Shown here: one piece after another, positions 37,664-47,023 of the stretch
Numbering within the stretch: position 1 is the stretch's first letter
Layout: the number at the start of each line of letters is the position of its first letter
From: Candidatus Dormiibacterota bacterium
GTDB taxonomy: Bacteria > Chloroflexota > Dormibacteria > Aeolococcales > Aeolococcaceae
NCBI GenBank assembly: GCA_963848445.1
Contig: CAWKDT010000001.1
Coordinates: 330,667 to 394,666, forward strand
DNA: 64,000 nt
Direction of reading: 5' to 3'
Made by a program: the position numbers and the translations under genes
Notes under the pieces: model-generated
What the model was told of the DNA's origin: nothing
Databases searched by the model: none
The model's input: only the letters and a program-made list of their open reading frames with translations

Positions 37664-38118
37664 CCGTAGACCGGTGGCGGCGGTGGTGGCGGGATCACGC
37701 CGACACCGCGATATCGATCCCACAGGCCGTTGAGGTGGTCCTGGTAATACAGGCTGTACAGGGAGAAGACGAACCCCAGCACCAGGCCGACGACCGGCTC
37801 CGCGCGATTGGGGCTGCCCGCCGCCTGCTCCATCCGGGAGATTCGCGCGCCGGTCCTGTAGATCGTGATGAACGGCGGCACGATGAGGATGAACCCGGGG
37901 ATGAACGCCAGCACCGACATGACGGGTCGAATCGAGTCGTCGCGGAGAAAACGGCGAGCTTCGTCATTGACCTTGTAGATCCACACGAAGCTGTAGATCC
38001 CGAGGGTGATCAGCGGCAACCCCAACCACACGGCGACGACGTTGCGCTTCTTGAACGTCTGATTGCCAACCACGACGGTTTGCGCCACAGGCAGCCTCCC
38101 GCGCGCCGTCGCCCCCAT
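37660..38118 (-). CDS. DUF4234-family small membrane protein with poly-Pro C-terminus
   Basis: 'KRNVVAVWLGLPLITLGIYSFVWIYK' matches the DUF4234 signature. It has two TM segments. Confidence 0.6.
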   Translation of the reverse strand: MGATARGRLPVAQTVVVGNQTFKKRNVVAVWLGLPLITLGIYSFVWIYKVNDEARRFLRDDSIRPVMSVLAFIPGFILIVPPFITIYRTGARISRMEQAAGSPNRAEPVVGLVLGFVFSLYSLYYQDHLNGLWDRYRGVGVIPPPPPPPVYG

Positions 38119-38207
38119 TTCCGGGCGCGCGCGTGCAGTTTACCCAAACGCCCGGCCGAAACCCACGAGGTTCTTGCGGTCGTGGCGCGGGACGTTAGAG
38201 TCCGGCC

Positions 38208-38738
38208 ATGGTCGACTGGACCGCGGTCGGGATCTGGGTCGTCGCAGCCGCCGTGCTGCTCAACGCCGCGATCGCCGCGCTCGCGTACCAGCATGCGCGC
38301 ACGGTATCGGGACGGCGACGCCCCATCGTGATCGGGCGGCCCAAGGGCAGCGACGTGTTCATGACCCATCCGCTCAACACGCATGACCCGCATGAGCGCT
38401 CGAGAACGGTGTGGATTCGGATCTTCAACCAGTCCTCTGTGGCGCAGAGCTTCATCGTCGATGCCGACAAGTCCGCGGTGCTGTCCCCGAAGATGGAGGG
38501 CGTCCAGCCCTTCTTCCGTTACCAGGTCATCGATTTCCCACCCAACGACGGTGGCAACGTCTCACTCGTCATCAGCCACGTGTACGGCGAGTGGCCGGAC
38601 GACGTCGATCCGAGCACGGGCGAGACGCGCACGCCGTATCGCCTGCGCCTGGTCGGTGAGACCAAACGTGGTCGCCGGCAGTCGTGGGAGGGTGAGCTGC
38701 AGCTGCAGGACCCTCTCTGGGAGCCCCCCGTCGAGTAG
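38208..38738 (+). CDS. Hypothetical membrane-anchored protein
   Basis: An N-terminal TM. 176 aa. No motif. Confidence 0.4.
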   Translation: MVDWTAVGIWVVAAAVLLNAAIAALAYQHARTVSGRRRPIVIGRPKGSDVFMTHPLNTHDPHERSRTVWIRIFNQSSVAQSFIVDADKSAVLSPKMEGVQPFFRYQVIDFPPNDGGNVSLVISHVYGEWPDDVDPSTGETRTPYRLRLVGETKRGRRQSWEGELQLQDPLWEPPVE

Positions 38739-38746
38739 CTCCCGGC

Positions 38747-40357
38747 TCAGGCGGCCGCGGGTGACGCGGGAGGTTTCACCGGAGCGTGTGCCACCTGATT
38801 CCCTCCGGCTCGCTTCGCCTGGTGGAGCGCGCTGTCCGCGGCCGCGACCCGTCCGGCGGCGTCCGCGCCTGCCGAGAACGCGGCGACACCGATGCTGATG
38901 CTCGGTCGCAGCCCCTGAACAGCGATGGCTGCGAGCCCCGCGACGATGCGATCGACGATGATCGTCGCCCGGCCGTCATCGGCGTCGGGGAGGACGACGA
39001 AGAACTCATCGCCGCCGACGCGCGCCACGACATCACCGCGCCGCGTCGATTGGCGGATCACCCCGGCCACCGCCTGCAGCAGTTCGTCGCCGGCGTGATG
39101 TCCGAACGTGTCGTTCATCGCCTTCAACCGGTCCACATCGATGGCGAGGACCGAGTAGCGCGTGCTCCGCGGCATGTGGCTGAGACGGCGGTCGAACTCG
39201 CGGCGATTGGCCAACCCGGTGAGGTGATCGGTGGTCGCCTGCGCTTCGAAGACGAGTGCCCGCGAGAGCGCGAACTCCACAATCGGTGCGAGCCCGCGAA
39301 GCTGCTCGCGCTGCGCGGATGTGTACTCGGCGCCTCCATGGTTGATGACCGCCATGAGTCCCGTTCCCGCGTCCCCGACGCGTACCAGCTGCACGATCGC
39401 GTTCACCACGTCCAGCTCATCAAGCACCGCCCGGATGTCGGGCGGGACTGACATCCTGCTGTTCAGGAGGAACAGCCGATCGTTGTCCTTCCCCGCCACG
39501 GCCGAGAGCAGGTTGGTGGTCGAGGACAGCGACACCGATAGCCGATCGATCCGCGCGTCGTCTCGCGCCGGGCGGGTTGACTCGGCGGAGTACGAGGCGA
39601 TGAGCGTCGCACGATCGCCTTCAACGAGGAAGAACACCGCGTCCGAGCCCGGCATCCCGGGGAGGTCGGTCAGGCGCGCGGCGCTCTGCAGGCCGAGATT
39701 GAGCACGCGCTCCCCGTCGAACGTCGAGTAGAGCTCGTCCGCGATCAGGGAAAGAATGGCGTCGTGACGGATGGAGTCCTCGCGCTCGGCGACGGTGCGC
39801 TCCAGCCGGAAGCGCAGCTGGTGGATCGTGTACGCGATGCCGAGCCCCGTGATCGGCCACACCGTCAGCAGCTGAGCGTAGTCGGAAACGCTCAACGCGT
39901 TGGCATCGGCCTCCACCACGAGGGTCGCAGTTGCGGCCAGGAGCGACAGGATCGTGAGCCATGGGGGTCCGTAGAGCGCGCACGCGACCACCGGTATCGC
40001 CACGAGCGCGAGCAGCCCCACGTTTCCCCCGCCGTCGCCGAGCAGGATGAGCGTCAGCGCTGCGTAATACAGGAGGACGGACGCCGCGATCAGGGGAAGC
40101 ACCGGACGGCGCACCAACCCGATGGCGAGCCCGACCGTCACCCCCGCCATGATCACCGCGGCCGCCGTCATCTGCGGACGTGCGAAGTCTCCGGGTGCGA
40201 TCGCGGCCGCGAAGCCGACGACTGACGCCACCGCGAAGGCCAGGAGCCCGGCCTCCCTGCTCTCGTGCGCCGCCCGGCCGAGCCTGGGGCGGATGCGTCG
40301 CATGCCGAATCCGCGCCGCCCCTTCGAGGACGCTGCGGCCGCCACGTCGGCGCTCAT
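38747..40357 (-). CDS. Membrane-bound diguanylate cyclase (multi-TM sensor + GAF-like + GGDEF)
   Basis: About 6 TM segments. The GGDEF domain has 'RVGGDEFFVVL' (active GGDEF) and 'HLTGLANRREF'. It overlaps the upstream HD-GYP gene by 4 nt. Confidence 0.85.
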   Translation of the reverse strand: MSADVAAAASSKGRRGFGMRRIRPRLGRAAHESREAGLLAFAVASVVGFAAAIAPGDFARPQMTAAAVIMAGVTVGLAIGLVRRPVLPLIAASVLLYYAALTLILLGDGGGNVGLLALVAIPVVACALYGPPWLTILSLLAATATLVVEADANALSVSDYAQLLTVWPITGLGIAYTIHQLRFRLERTVAEREDSIRHDAILSLIADELYSTFDGERVLNLGLQSAARLTDLPGMPGSDAVFFLVEGDRATLIASYSAESTRPARDDARIDRLSVSLSSTTNLLSAVAGKDNDRLFLLNSRMSVPPDIRAVLDELDVVNAIVQLVRVGDAGTGLMAVINHGGAEYTSAQREQLRGLAPIVEFALSRALVFEAQATTDHLTGLANRREFDRRLSHMPRSTRYSVLAIDVDRLKAMNDTFGHHAGDELLQAVAGVIRQSTRRGDVVARVGGDEFFVVLPDADDGRATIIVDRIVAGLAAIAVQGLRPSISIGVAAFSAGADAAGRVAAADSALHQAKRAGGNQVAHAPVKPPASPAAA

Positions 40358-41769
40358 GCGGGTACCTCCGACGCGATCGGCCGATCGTCGGTGATGCGAC
40401 CGTCGGCGATGAGGCGCATGAAGGCATCCACCACGGTTGCGTCGAACCGCACCCCCTGCCCTCGGCGCAGCTCATCGAGCGCGTAGCCGATGCCGCGGGA
40501 TGCGCGATACGGCCGGTGCGAGCTCATCGCCTCGAACACATCGGCGACGGCGATGACACGAGCGCCCATCACGATGTGCTCGCCGGCCTTGCCGTCGGGA
40601 TAGCCGCTGCCGTCGAGACGTTCGTGGTGGCGGAGGATCATCTCGGCGACGGGCCACGGAAAGGCGATGCCGGCGACGATGTCGTGGCCGATCTTCGAAT
40701 GGTTCTGGATCAGCTCGAATTCAGCTGGCCGGAGCGGTCCGGGCTTGTTGAGAATCTCGGATGGAATGGCGAGCTTGCCGATGTCGTGGATGCTCGCCGC
40801 AACCTTCACGCCCTTCACCGTGAAACGGTCGAGCCCCATCTCGCGCGCGATCGCGGCTGCCATCTGGGCGACGCGATCCTGGTGACCCGCGGTGTACGGA
40901 TCACGTACCTCCACCGTCGCGCCGATGGCGGTCACGGCTGCCTGGGTCAGCTCGATGCGGCCGGATTCCGCCAGCTTGCGCTCGGTCACGTCCACCACGA
41001 CGACGGCGATGCCGATCACCTCGCCGTTCATCCGGACCGGGTAGTAGCTCCGGAGCCAGTGGCGCAGGATCTCAGGGCTTTCGGCGCTCACCCCGGTGAT
41101 CTCGCGGTTGACGACCGCCTCGCCGGTTTCCAGGACGTGCCTGTACGTCGGTTCCAGATCCGGCCACAGCGAAGGCACGACGTCGGCGATGGTGTGGCCG
41201 ACCTGCAACTCGGGCGAGCCTCCCGCGGCCGCCGCCAGGCGCTCGTTGATGCGCGCGATTCGGAAATCGCGATCGATGTAGGCGAATCCGACCGGCGCCA
41301 TCGATTGCAGGGTGTCGAGCAGTGTCAGCATCTCGGCGCTGTCGCGTTCCACCTCGCGGAGCTGGCGCTCGACGGCACGCTCGTGATGGACGTCCCAGAC
41401 GGTGCCGATCCACTTCCTCGCCCGCTCCCGATCGTCGCGAATCGGGATGCCCTCGACAGCGTGCCAGCCGTACTCACCGCCGGCGCCCCGTACCCGGTAC
41501 TCGTCGCGGTACGGGCTCTGCGTGCGCACCGCCAGATCCCAGCCATCGCGTGCCCTGGCTACGTCGTCCGGATGCAGTTGCGCCATCCAGCCGCCGCCCT
41601 CGAGTGCCGCCGCTTGTCTTCCCGTGTACTCGACGGCACGCCGGTTCACATACTCGATCCTGCCCTCGGAATCGGCGACCCACACGATGTGCGGGATGGA
41701 CTCGCAGAGAGCTCGGAGGTCGTCGTCACTCTGAGAGATCCGGGACACTGGGCTTTGGGCGCTCACCAT
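40354..41769 (-). CDS. PAS-PAS-HD-GYP c-di-GMP phosphodiesterase
   Basis: Two PAS-like blocks are followed by the HD-GYP motifs 'HDIGK' and 'HHERLDGSGYP'. Confidence 0.85.
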   Translation of the reverse strand: MVSAQSPVSRISQSDDDLRALCESIPHIVWVADSEGRIEYVNRRAVEYTGRQAAALEGGGWMAQLHPDDVARARDGWDLAVRTQSPYRDEYRVRGAGGEYGWHAVEGIPIRDDRERARKWIGTVWDVHHERAVERQLREVERDSAEMLTLLDTLQSMAPVGFAYIDRDFRIARINERLAAAAGGSPELQVGHTIADVVPSLWPDLEPTYRHVLETGEAVVNREITGVSAESPEILRHWLRSYYPVRMNGEVIGIAVVVVDVTERKLAESGRIELTQAAVTAIGATVEVRDPYTAGHQDRVAQMAAAIAREMGLDRFTVKGVKVAASIHDIGKLAIPSEILNKPGPLRPAEFELIQNHSKIGHDIVAGIAFPWPVAEMILRHHERLDGSGYPDGKAGEHIVMGARVIAVADVFEAMSSHRPYRASRGIGYALDELRRGQGVRFDATVVDAFMRLIADGRITDDRPIASEVPA

Positions 41770-41835
41770 GAGTTCCTTGTTTGGTCCCCTCGGCGGTCGA
41801 TCTCCCCGTCTAGCGTGCGGGACCCTGAAGGTGGC

Positions 41836-42228
41836 TCATATCCCGGCCAGCTGCGATCCGTCGCGAACGGCGGCGAGCAACTCCGGGATGCTCGCCGATT
41901 TCGAGACGTACGCGTCCGCTCCCGCCGAGAGCATCACCTTGCGGATCAGCGCCTTGTCGAATGCGGAGAACGCGACGATCCTGACGCCTGGGACGGCGGC
42001 GCTGATCTCCCGAGCCGCACGTTGACCGCCACCCTCGGGCATGTTGACGTCGAGGATGACGACGTCGGGCTGCACCTGCTTCGCGAGCATGACCCCCTCG
42101 ACAACTCCACCGGCGACACCCACGACGTCGAGGTCCGGCTGGCCGTCGATGACGCTTGCGAGCGCCGAAAGGACCTCGTCGCTGTTGTCGACGATCAGCA
42201 CGCCCAGCTTCACCGTCCTGTACGCCAT
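41836..42228 (-). CDS. Stand-alone response regulator receiver (CheY-like)
   Basis: 'VLIVDNSDE', the phospho-Asp 'VVILDVNMP' and 'AYVSK' Lys are all present. Confidence 0.8.
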   Translation of the reverse strand: MAYRTVKLGVLIVDNSDEVLSALASVIDGQPDLDVVGVAGGVVEGVMLAKQVQPDVVILDVNMPEGGGQRAAREISAAVPGVRIVAFSAFDKALIRKVMLSAGADAYVSKSASIPELLAAVRDGSQLAGI

Positions 42229-42291
42229 GTCAGCGACTATGGGGGGACCCCCAGTGGTGTTCCCGGGGATGATCGGTTCGTGACCGGACCG

Positions 42292-44052
42292 TCATGCCGC
42301 GGGCACGCGCGGCGCCACCTCGAGGCGGTTCGGCAGCCAGACGTCGATCGTCGTGCCCTGTCCGGGCGCGCTGGCGAGTCGAGCCCATCCCCCGAGCGCC
42401 TCGGCCCGTTCGCTCATCGAGCTCAGCCCGCGGTGACCCATCGGCGACTTGCCGTTGCTCCGTGGCGTGAACCCGGGGCCGTCATCGTGGATCCTGAGGC
42501 TGAACCCCTCCGCGACCCCGCCTGACAGCGACACGGTGACCGTCGCGCCCGGCGCGTGCTTGTGGGCGTTGTTGAGGGCTTCGCGCACGATGCGGTATAG
42601 GCTGGTCCCGACGAGGTTGGACGGGTCGTCGATGAGGTGATTCTCGAGCGCCACGGTGAGGTCGCCGGCCTCGTTGAACTCGGCGATCGACTGCTCGAGC
42701 GTGGGCAACAGCCCGAGATCGAGGATCTGCGGACGAAGGTCGGTCATGAGGCTGCGCATACGGACGATCGCCCGGTCGATCGCGCTCTCGATCGATGCCG
42801 TCGCCGTATCGGATCCGGCGCCGTCGTGGAGCAGGAATGTGCGCATCTTCGCGCCGATCATCGACTGGAGCATGTCGTCGTGGATGACGTCGGCGATCTG
42901 CCGTCGCTCCTCCTCCTGGACCGTCACCAGCCGCAACACCAGCTGACGCCGCTCGTCGTCGGTCTGGTAGAGCTCCTCGAGGCTCTGGGTGAGCGCGCGC
43001 GTCCGTTCTCGCACCTGGCGGTCGAGATCCTCGTTCTGGTTCGCGACCTCCCGGTTGAGCGCCTCGGTCTCGCCGAGGAACAGGAACTGCCGGATCAGGA
43101 CGACTGTGATGATCACCAGCAGATCCCACTCGAGCACCGCGTTGAGCGAGCCTTGCGTGAATTCGGTGATGACCGCGACCAACCCGGCGGCGCCCACCGT
43201 CCAGTACGGCAGCATGAGGTTCCAGTGCGGCATCCTCGCCTCGGTGGTGCCGGCACCCGTTGCGGACTCCAGGGAGCCGACCGCCGCAAGCCCGATGAGG
43301 GCATATCCCAGCGTCCAGCCGATATCGATGATGTTGCTCGATCCGAATCCCTGCACCGTCGTCAGATATGCGAAGGCGCTGTCGGCCAGCGCGGTGAGCA
43401 GGAGGCCGCCGCCGAGCAACGCCAGGGGTACGCGCCTGCCAACTCGCAGACGCATGATCGTCAACAGAATGATCGTGACCATCGCGATGTCACTTGCCGG
43501 ATAGGCCAGGCCCACCGACTTCGCGAGCAGGTCGGTCGGCGAATTCGCATAGACGGGGCCGAGCACGAGGTCCCAGCTGATGAACAGCAGCGCTCCGGCG
43601 ATGACCATCCCATCCAGGAGCGACCGGACCCGCGCGCCGACCGATGTCGCACCCTCCGAGAGCCGGAGCAGGCCGAGCACGGCGAACGGCACCGACGTCA
43701 GGAATCCCAGGTCGGCGTACGACGGAAAGAGTGCGGCGGCATCGACGCGGAGGAAGACCTCCTCGTAGGTCCAGTACCCCTGACCAAGGCCCCAGCACGC
43801 GGCCGAGACGCCGATGAATCCCCACGCCTGGGTCGCCCGCCCATGGCCGCGGAACGCGGCGACGAAGCACAGCGCCGCGGCTCCCAGCGGAGCGAGGCAC
43901 TCGGAGAAATCGTCGACGATCACGGTGGCACGCTGCCCCGGAGCGAGCACCAGGAGGCCGATGTTGATCAGCGCGATCAGCGCGGCGGCTGCTGCAAGAG
44001 CGATGAACGTGCGTGTGCGCATGGCCTCGCGTCGAGTGTTCGGATCTCGCAC
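42292..44052 (-). CDS. Sensor histidine kinase (NarL-type, HisKA_3) with multi-TM N-terminal sensor
   Basis: About 8 TM segments. The H-box 'VQEEERRQIADVIHDDMLQ' precedes a HATPase_c domain with 'HDDGPGF'. Confidence 0.85.
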   Translation of the reverse strand: MRDPNTRREAMRTRTFIALAAAAALIALINIGLLVLAPGQRATVIVDDFSECLAPLGAAALCFVAAFRGHGRATQAWGFIGVSAACWGLGQGYWTYEEVFLRVDAAALFPSYADLGFLTSVPFAVLGLLRLSEGATSVGARVRSLLDGMVIAGALLFISWDLVLGPVYANSPTDLLAKSVGLAYPASDIAMVTIILLTIMRLRVGRRVPLALLGGGLLLTALADSAFAYLTTVQGFGSSNIIDIGWTLGYALIGLAAVGSLESATGAGTTEARMPHWNLMLPYWTVGAAGLVAVITEFTQGSLNAVLEWDLLVIITVVLIRQFLFLGETEALNREVANQNEDLDRQVRERTRALTQSLEELYQTDDERRQLVLRLVTVQEEERRQIADVIHDDMLQSMIGAKMRTFLLHDGAGSDTATASIESAIDRAIVRMRSLMTDLRPQILDLGLLPTLEQSIAEFNEAGDLTVALENHLIDDPSNLVGTSLYRIVREALNNAHKHAPGATVTVSLSGGVAEGFSLRIHDDGPGFTPRSNGKSPMGHRGLSSMSERAEALGGWARLASAPGQGTTIDVWLPNRLEVAPRVPAA

Positions 44053-44264
44053 GCGGCGCAGGGTGTCGGGGGTGAGACAGTCGGGTGACGATCGCGCGCA
44101 CCGTGCGGGATCGCGCCCGCGGCTCGCGCGCTCAGGCCACTCGGCTCAATACATGACCCGAGCGCTGGTATCAAATGTGATAGCTTCATGGTATTGATGC
44201 AGCATCCGGACGTCGGGAACCGCCGGCCGTTTCGAGGAGGGCTCGGGCGCCGAAGGTTCCGGAG

Positions 44265-44708
44265 GTGCCCGCCATGAACGAGCCATTCGACCCCATCGAC
44301 CAGCCCGTCGCGACCGAGGTTCCGCCGCCTCCACCGCCGCCTGCACGGCGCGTTTCTCCGGTCTCGCCCACCGCGCCGGTGATGGCGACGAGAACCGCAC
44401 CCTACGGCTATCGCGGACGCCAGGTCGTCTGGCTTGCCGTGGCCGTCGTCGATGCTTTCCTCGTCGTCCGCTTCGTCTTCCTCGCCGTCCGCGCCGGAGC
44501 GAGCGAGTTCACCTCATTCATCTACACCGTCGGCGGCGCACTCGCCGAGCCCTTCCGCGGGATCTTCGCAACCACGGTGCGCAACGGCCACCCGCTCGAG
44601 TGGGCCGCCCTCCTGGCGATCGCCGTCTACACGTTTGCCGCCTGGGTCGTCACGCGCCTCATCACCATCGCCTCGAGGTCGTACAACCGCGGCCTGACCG
44701 CGTATTGA
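44265..44708 (+). CDS. YggT-family-like small membrane protein with Pro-rich N-terminus
   Basis: Two TM segments. 'LAEPFRGIF' resembles the YggT 'TePxLxPxR' motif. Confidence 0.45.
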   Translation: MPAMNEPFDPIDQPVATEVPPPPPPPARRVSPVSPTAPVMATRTAPYGYRGRQVVWLAVAVVDAFLVVRFVFLAVRAGASEFTSFIYTVGGALAEPFRGIFATTVRNGHPLEWAALLAIAVYTFAAWVVTRLITIASRSYNRGLTAY

Positions 44709-44771
44709 TCCGCCCTGAGTTGCGTCGATCCGCGCGCGTGCGATCGCCTTCGGCGGGATGGCTCGGGACTC

Positions 44772-45467
44772 CTACTTCGTGACTTCGACGCGGTCCGCGT
44801 GGGTCCGGAACCGCGCCACCGCCTCGGAGATGTTCTCCTCGAGAAAGCGGTAGAAGCGTTCGCGCTGCGAGATGTCGATGGCCGCCTCGACGTCCGCATC
44901 GCCGCGGCGCCGCGCGATCCACGGCGGCACAGCGTCGGCGGCGAGCTCGTTGCCGACTCCGACATGGACGCCCTCGTCGTCCTCGGACATGTGGATGACC
45001 ACCTTGAGGACGACGCCGGTGTGATCGACGATCCGCCAGCTCCGCTCCCACCGCACACGGCGCAGCCCGTTGCGCGTGAGGCGGACGACGCTGTCGGCGA
45101 GGACCTTCTCGCCGGGGCGCATCGCCCGAGTCAGCATTTCGCGGATCGTGCTGTCCAGATCGCGCGCGATCCAGTTGACGAGCGACGGCTTCCGGTCGTC
45201 CACGTCGGGACGCCCGACCATCTGGGTGGCGAGGTCACCGATCGCCTGCACCGTCCCCGCGTGGCGCCGGCAGTACGCGACACCGTCGAGGACCACGGAG
45301 TGGGCGGCGCAGAACTGGGCGGTGCACTGACGTTCCCGTCGGTCGCGATATGCGCACCGCACCGCGGTCTCCTTGGCGCAGCCCGGCGCGGCGCAGATGA
45401 CGCCGGTGACGGCCTCGAGGGCCGGCGTGACGTCGGGCGTACGGTGGCGGTTGAAGAGCGTGGGCAT
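44772..45467 (-). CDS. Hypothetical protein with N-terminal Cys4/His zinc-ribbon-like motif
   Basis: 'CAAPGC...CAYRDRRERQCTAQFCAAHSVVLDGVAYCRRH' suggests a zinc ribbon. The start is the internal ATG. Confidence 0.45.
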   Translation of the reverse strand: MPTLFNRHRTPDVTPALEAVTGVICAAPGCAKETAVRCAYRDRRERQCTAQFCAAHSVVLDGVAYCRRHAGTVQAIGDLATQMVGRPDVDDRKPSLVNWIARDLDSTIREMLTRAMRPGEKVLADSVVRLTRNGLRRVRWERSWRIVDHTGVVLKVVIHMSEDDEGVHVGVGNELAADAVPPWIARRRGDADVEAAIDISQRERFYRFLEENISEAVARFRTHADRVEVTK

Positions 45468-45671
45468 TCGACTACGCGAACCTGTACCCGCCATCGGTGG
45501 CGTCGCTCATGATCTCCAGACCCCCTGTGCAGGATGCGAGCGCTTGAGTCGCTCTGTTGCAATGAAACGCTCGCACGCAGGCGGCGAACGCCCTTGTGCG
45601 ACGAGTCGCGATGCCGTGTTACCAGCAAGTGACGTCCGGTTGCGTTCCCGTGCCCGAGGTTGATGGGTGGA

Positions 45672-47012
45672 TCAGACGGCGGCCGGGGCAGCGAGCTTGG
45701 CGCTCGCCACGAACGGCGCCAGCACCGATGCGAGAGTTGGCTCACCGATCTCCTGAAGCTCGTAGGACACGTGCCGGATGGGGTGCGTCGAGTGGATCAG
45801 GCGTCCGAGGTCCATCGGCGTTCCCGTGATCACCACATCGCATTCGGCGTCGTTGATCGTCTGCTCGAGCTCGGCGAGCTGGGCATCCGAATAGCCCATC
45901 GCGGGAAGCACCTGGCCGAGGTGCGGGAAGCGCCGGAACGTCTCGGCGATGGATCCGACCGCATGGGGCCTCGGATCGACGAGCTCGGCGACCCCGGCGA
46001 GTCGCGCGGCGACCGCTCCGGCGCCGTAGCTCATGCCCCCGTGCGTGAGCGTCGGTCCGTCCTCGACGACGAGGACGCGCTTGCCCGCGACAGACGGCCC
46101 CTCATCGAGGCTGCACGGCGATGCCGCCCTGATGATGGTGGCCCTCGGGTTCACCGAGATGACATCCTCGATCACTTTCTCGGTGGCGTCGAGACCCGCG
46201 CTGTCGACCTTGTTGATGACCACGATGTCGGCCATGCGCAGGTTCGTCTCGCCCGGGTGGTACGAGAGCTCGTGTCCCGCGCGGAGTGGATCCACCACGA
46301 CGATGCTGAGCGTCGGCCGGTAGAAGGAGAAGTCGTTGTTGCCACCGTCCCAGATGACGACGTCGGCCTCCGCCTGCGCCTGCTCCAGGATCGCTCCGTA
46401 GTCCACGCCGGCGTACATGATCATGCCCATCTCGACCGGACGCTCATACTCCTCGCGCTCCTCCACCGTCGGATGCGACCTGTCGATGTCGGCAAGCGTG
46501 GTGAACCGCTGGACGCGCATCGCGACGAGATCGCCGTAGGGCATCGGATGGCGCACGAGCGCGACGCGGAGGCCCGCGCCCATGAGGATCTGCCCGACGC
46601 GACGGCTGGTCTGGCTCTTGCCCGAGCCGGTGCGCACGGCGCACACGGACACGACGGGCTTGGTGCTTTCGAGCATGGTCGACTTGGGGCCGAGCAGCGT
46701 GAAATCCGCGCCCGCGGCGAGGACGATCGATCCGCGTCGCATCACCTCGATGTGCGGCATGTCGGAGTACGCGAACACCACCTCATCGACGTCATGCTCG
46801 CGAACGAGTGCGGTGAGCTCCTGCTCGGGGCGAATGGGAATGCCCAGCGGATACAGCGCACCGGCAAGCTCTGGCGGATACACCCGGTCATCGATGCCTG
46901 GGATCTGCGTCGCGGTGAATGCGACCACCTGGACGTCCGTGCGGTCACGGTAGACGACGTTGAAGTTGTGGAAGTCGCGGCCGCCCGCGCCCATGATGAT
47001 GACCTTGCGCAT
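45672..47012 (-). CDS. Cyclic 2,3-diphosphoglycerate synthetase-like P-loop protein
   Basis: 446 aa. P-loop 'RTGSGKSQTS'. The overall architecture resembles the archaeal cPGS/DUF family. It lies immediately upstream of OTC. Confidence 0.5.
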   Translation of the reverse strand: MRKVIIMGAGGRDFHNFNVVYRDRTDVQVVAFTATQIPGIDDRVYPPELAGALYPLGIPIRPEQELTALVREHDVDEVVFAYSDMPHIEVMRRGSIVLAAGADFTLLGPKSTMLESTKPVVSVCAVRTGSGKSQTSRRVGQILMGAGLRVALVRHPMPYGDLVAMRVQRFTTLADIDRSHPTVEEREEYERPVEMGMIMYAGVDYGAILEQAQAEADVVIWDGGNNDFSFYRPTLSIVVVDPLRAGHELSYHPGETNLRMADIVVINKVDSAGLDATEKVIEDVISVNPRATIIRAASPCSLDEGPSVAGKRVLVVEDGPTLTHGGMSYGAGAVAARLAGVAELVDPRPHAVGSIAETFRRFPHLGQVLPAMGYSDAQLAELEQTINDAECDVVITGTPMDLGRLIHSTHPIRHVSYELQEIGEPTLASVLAPFVASAKLAAPAAV

Positions 47013-47023
47013 GTGCGTATCCC

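Noticed and set aside
37700-37730. Short GGC/GGT repeat tract
   Set aside because: It encodes the poly-Pro C-terminus of the DUF4234 protein. It is a coding low-complexity region, not a regulatory repeat.
40180-44088. Long plus-strand ORFs 40180..42525 and 42637..44088
   Set aside because: They are antisense to the HD-GYP, receiver and histidine kinase genes. They are low-complexity.
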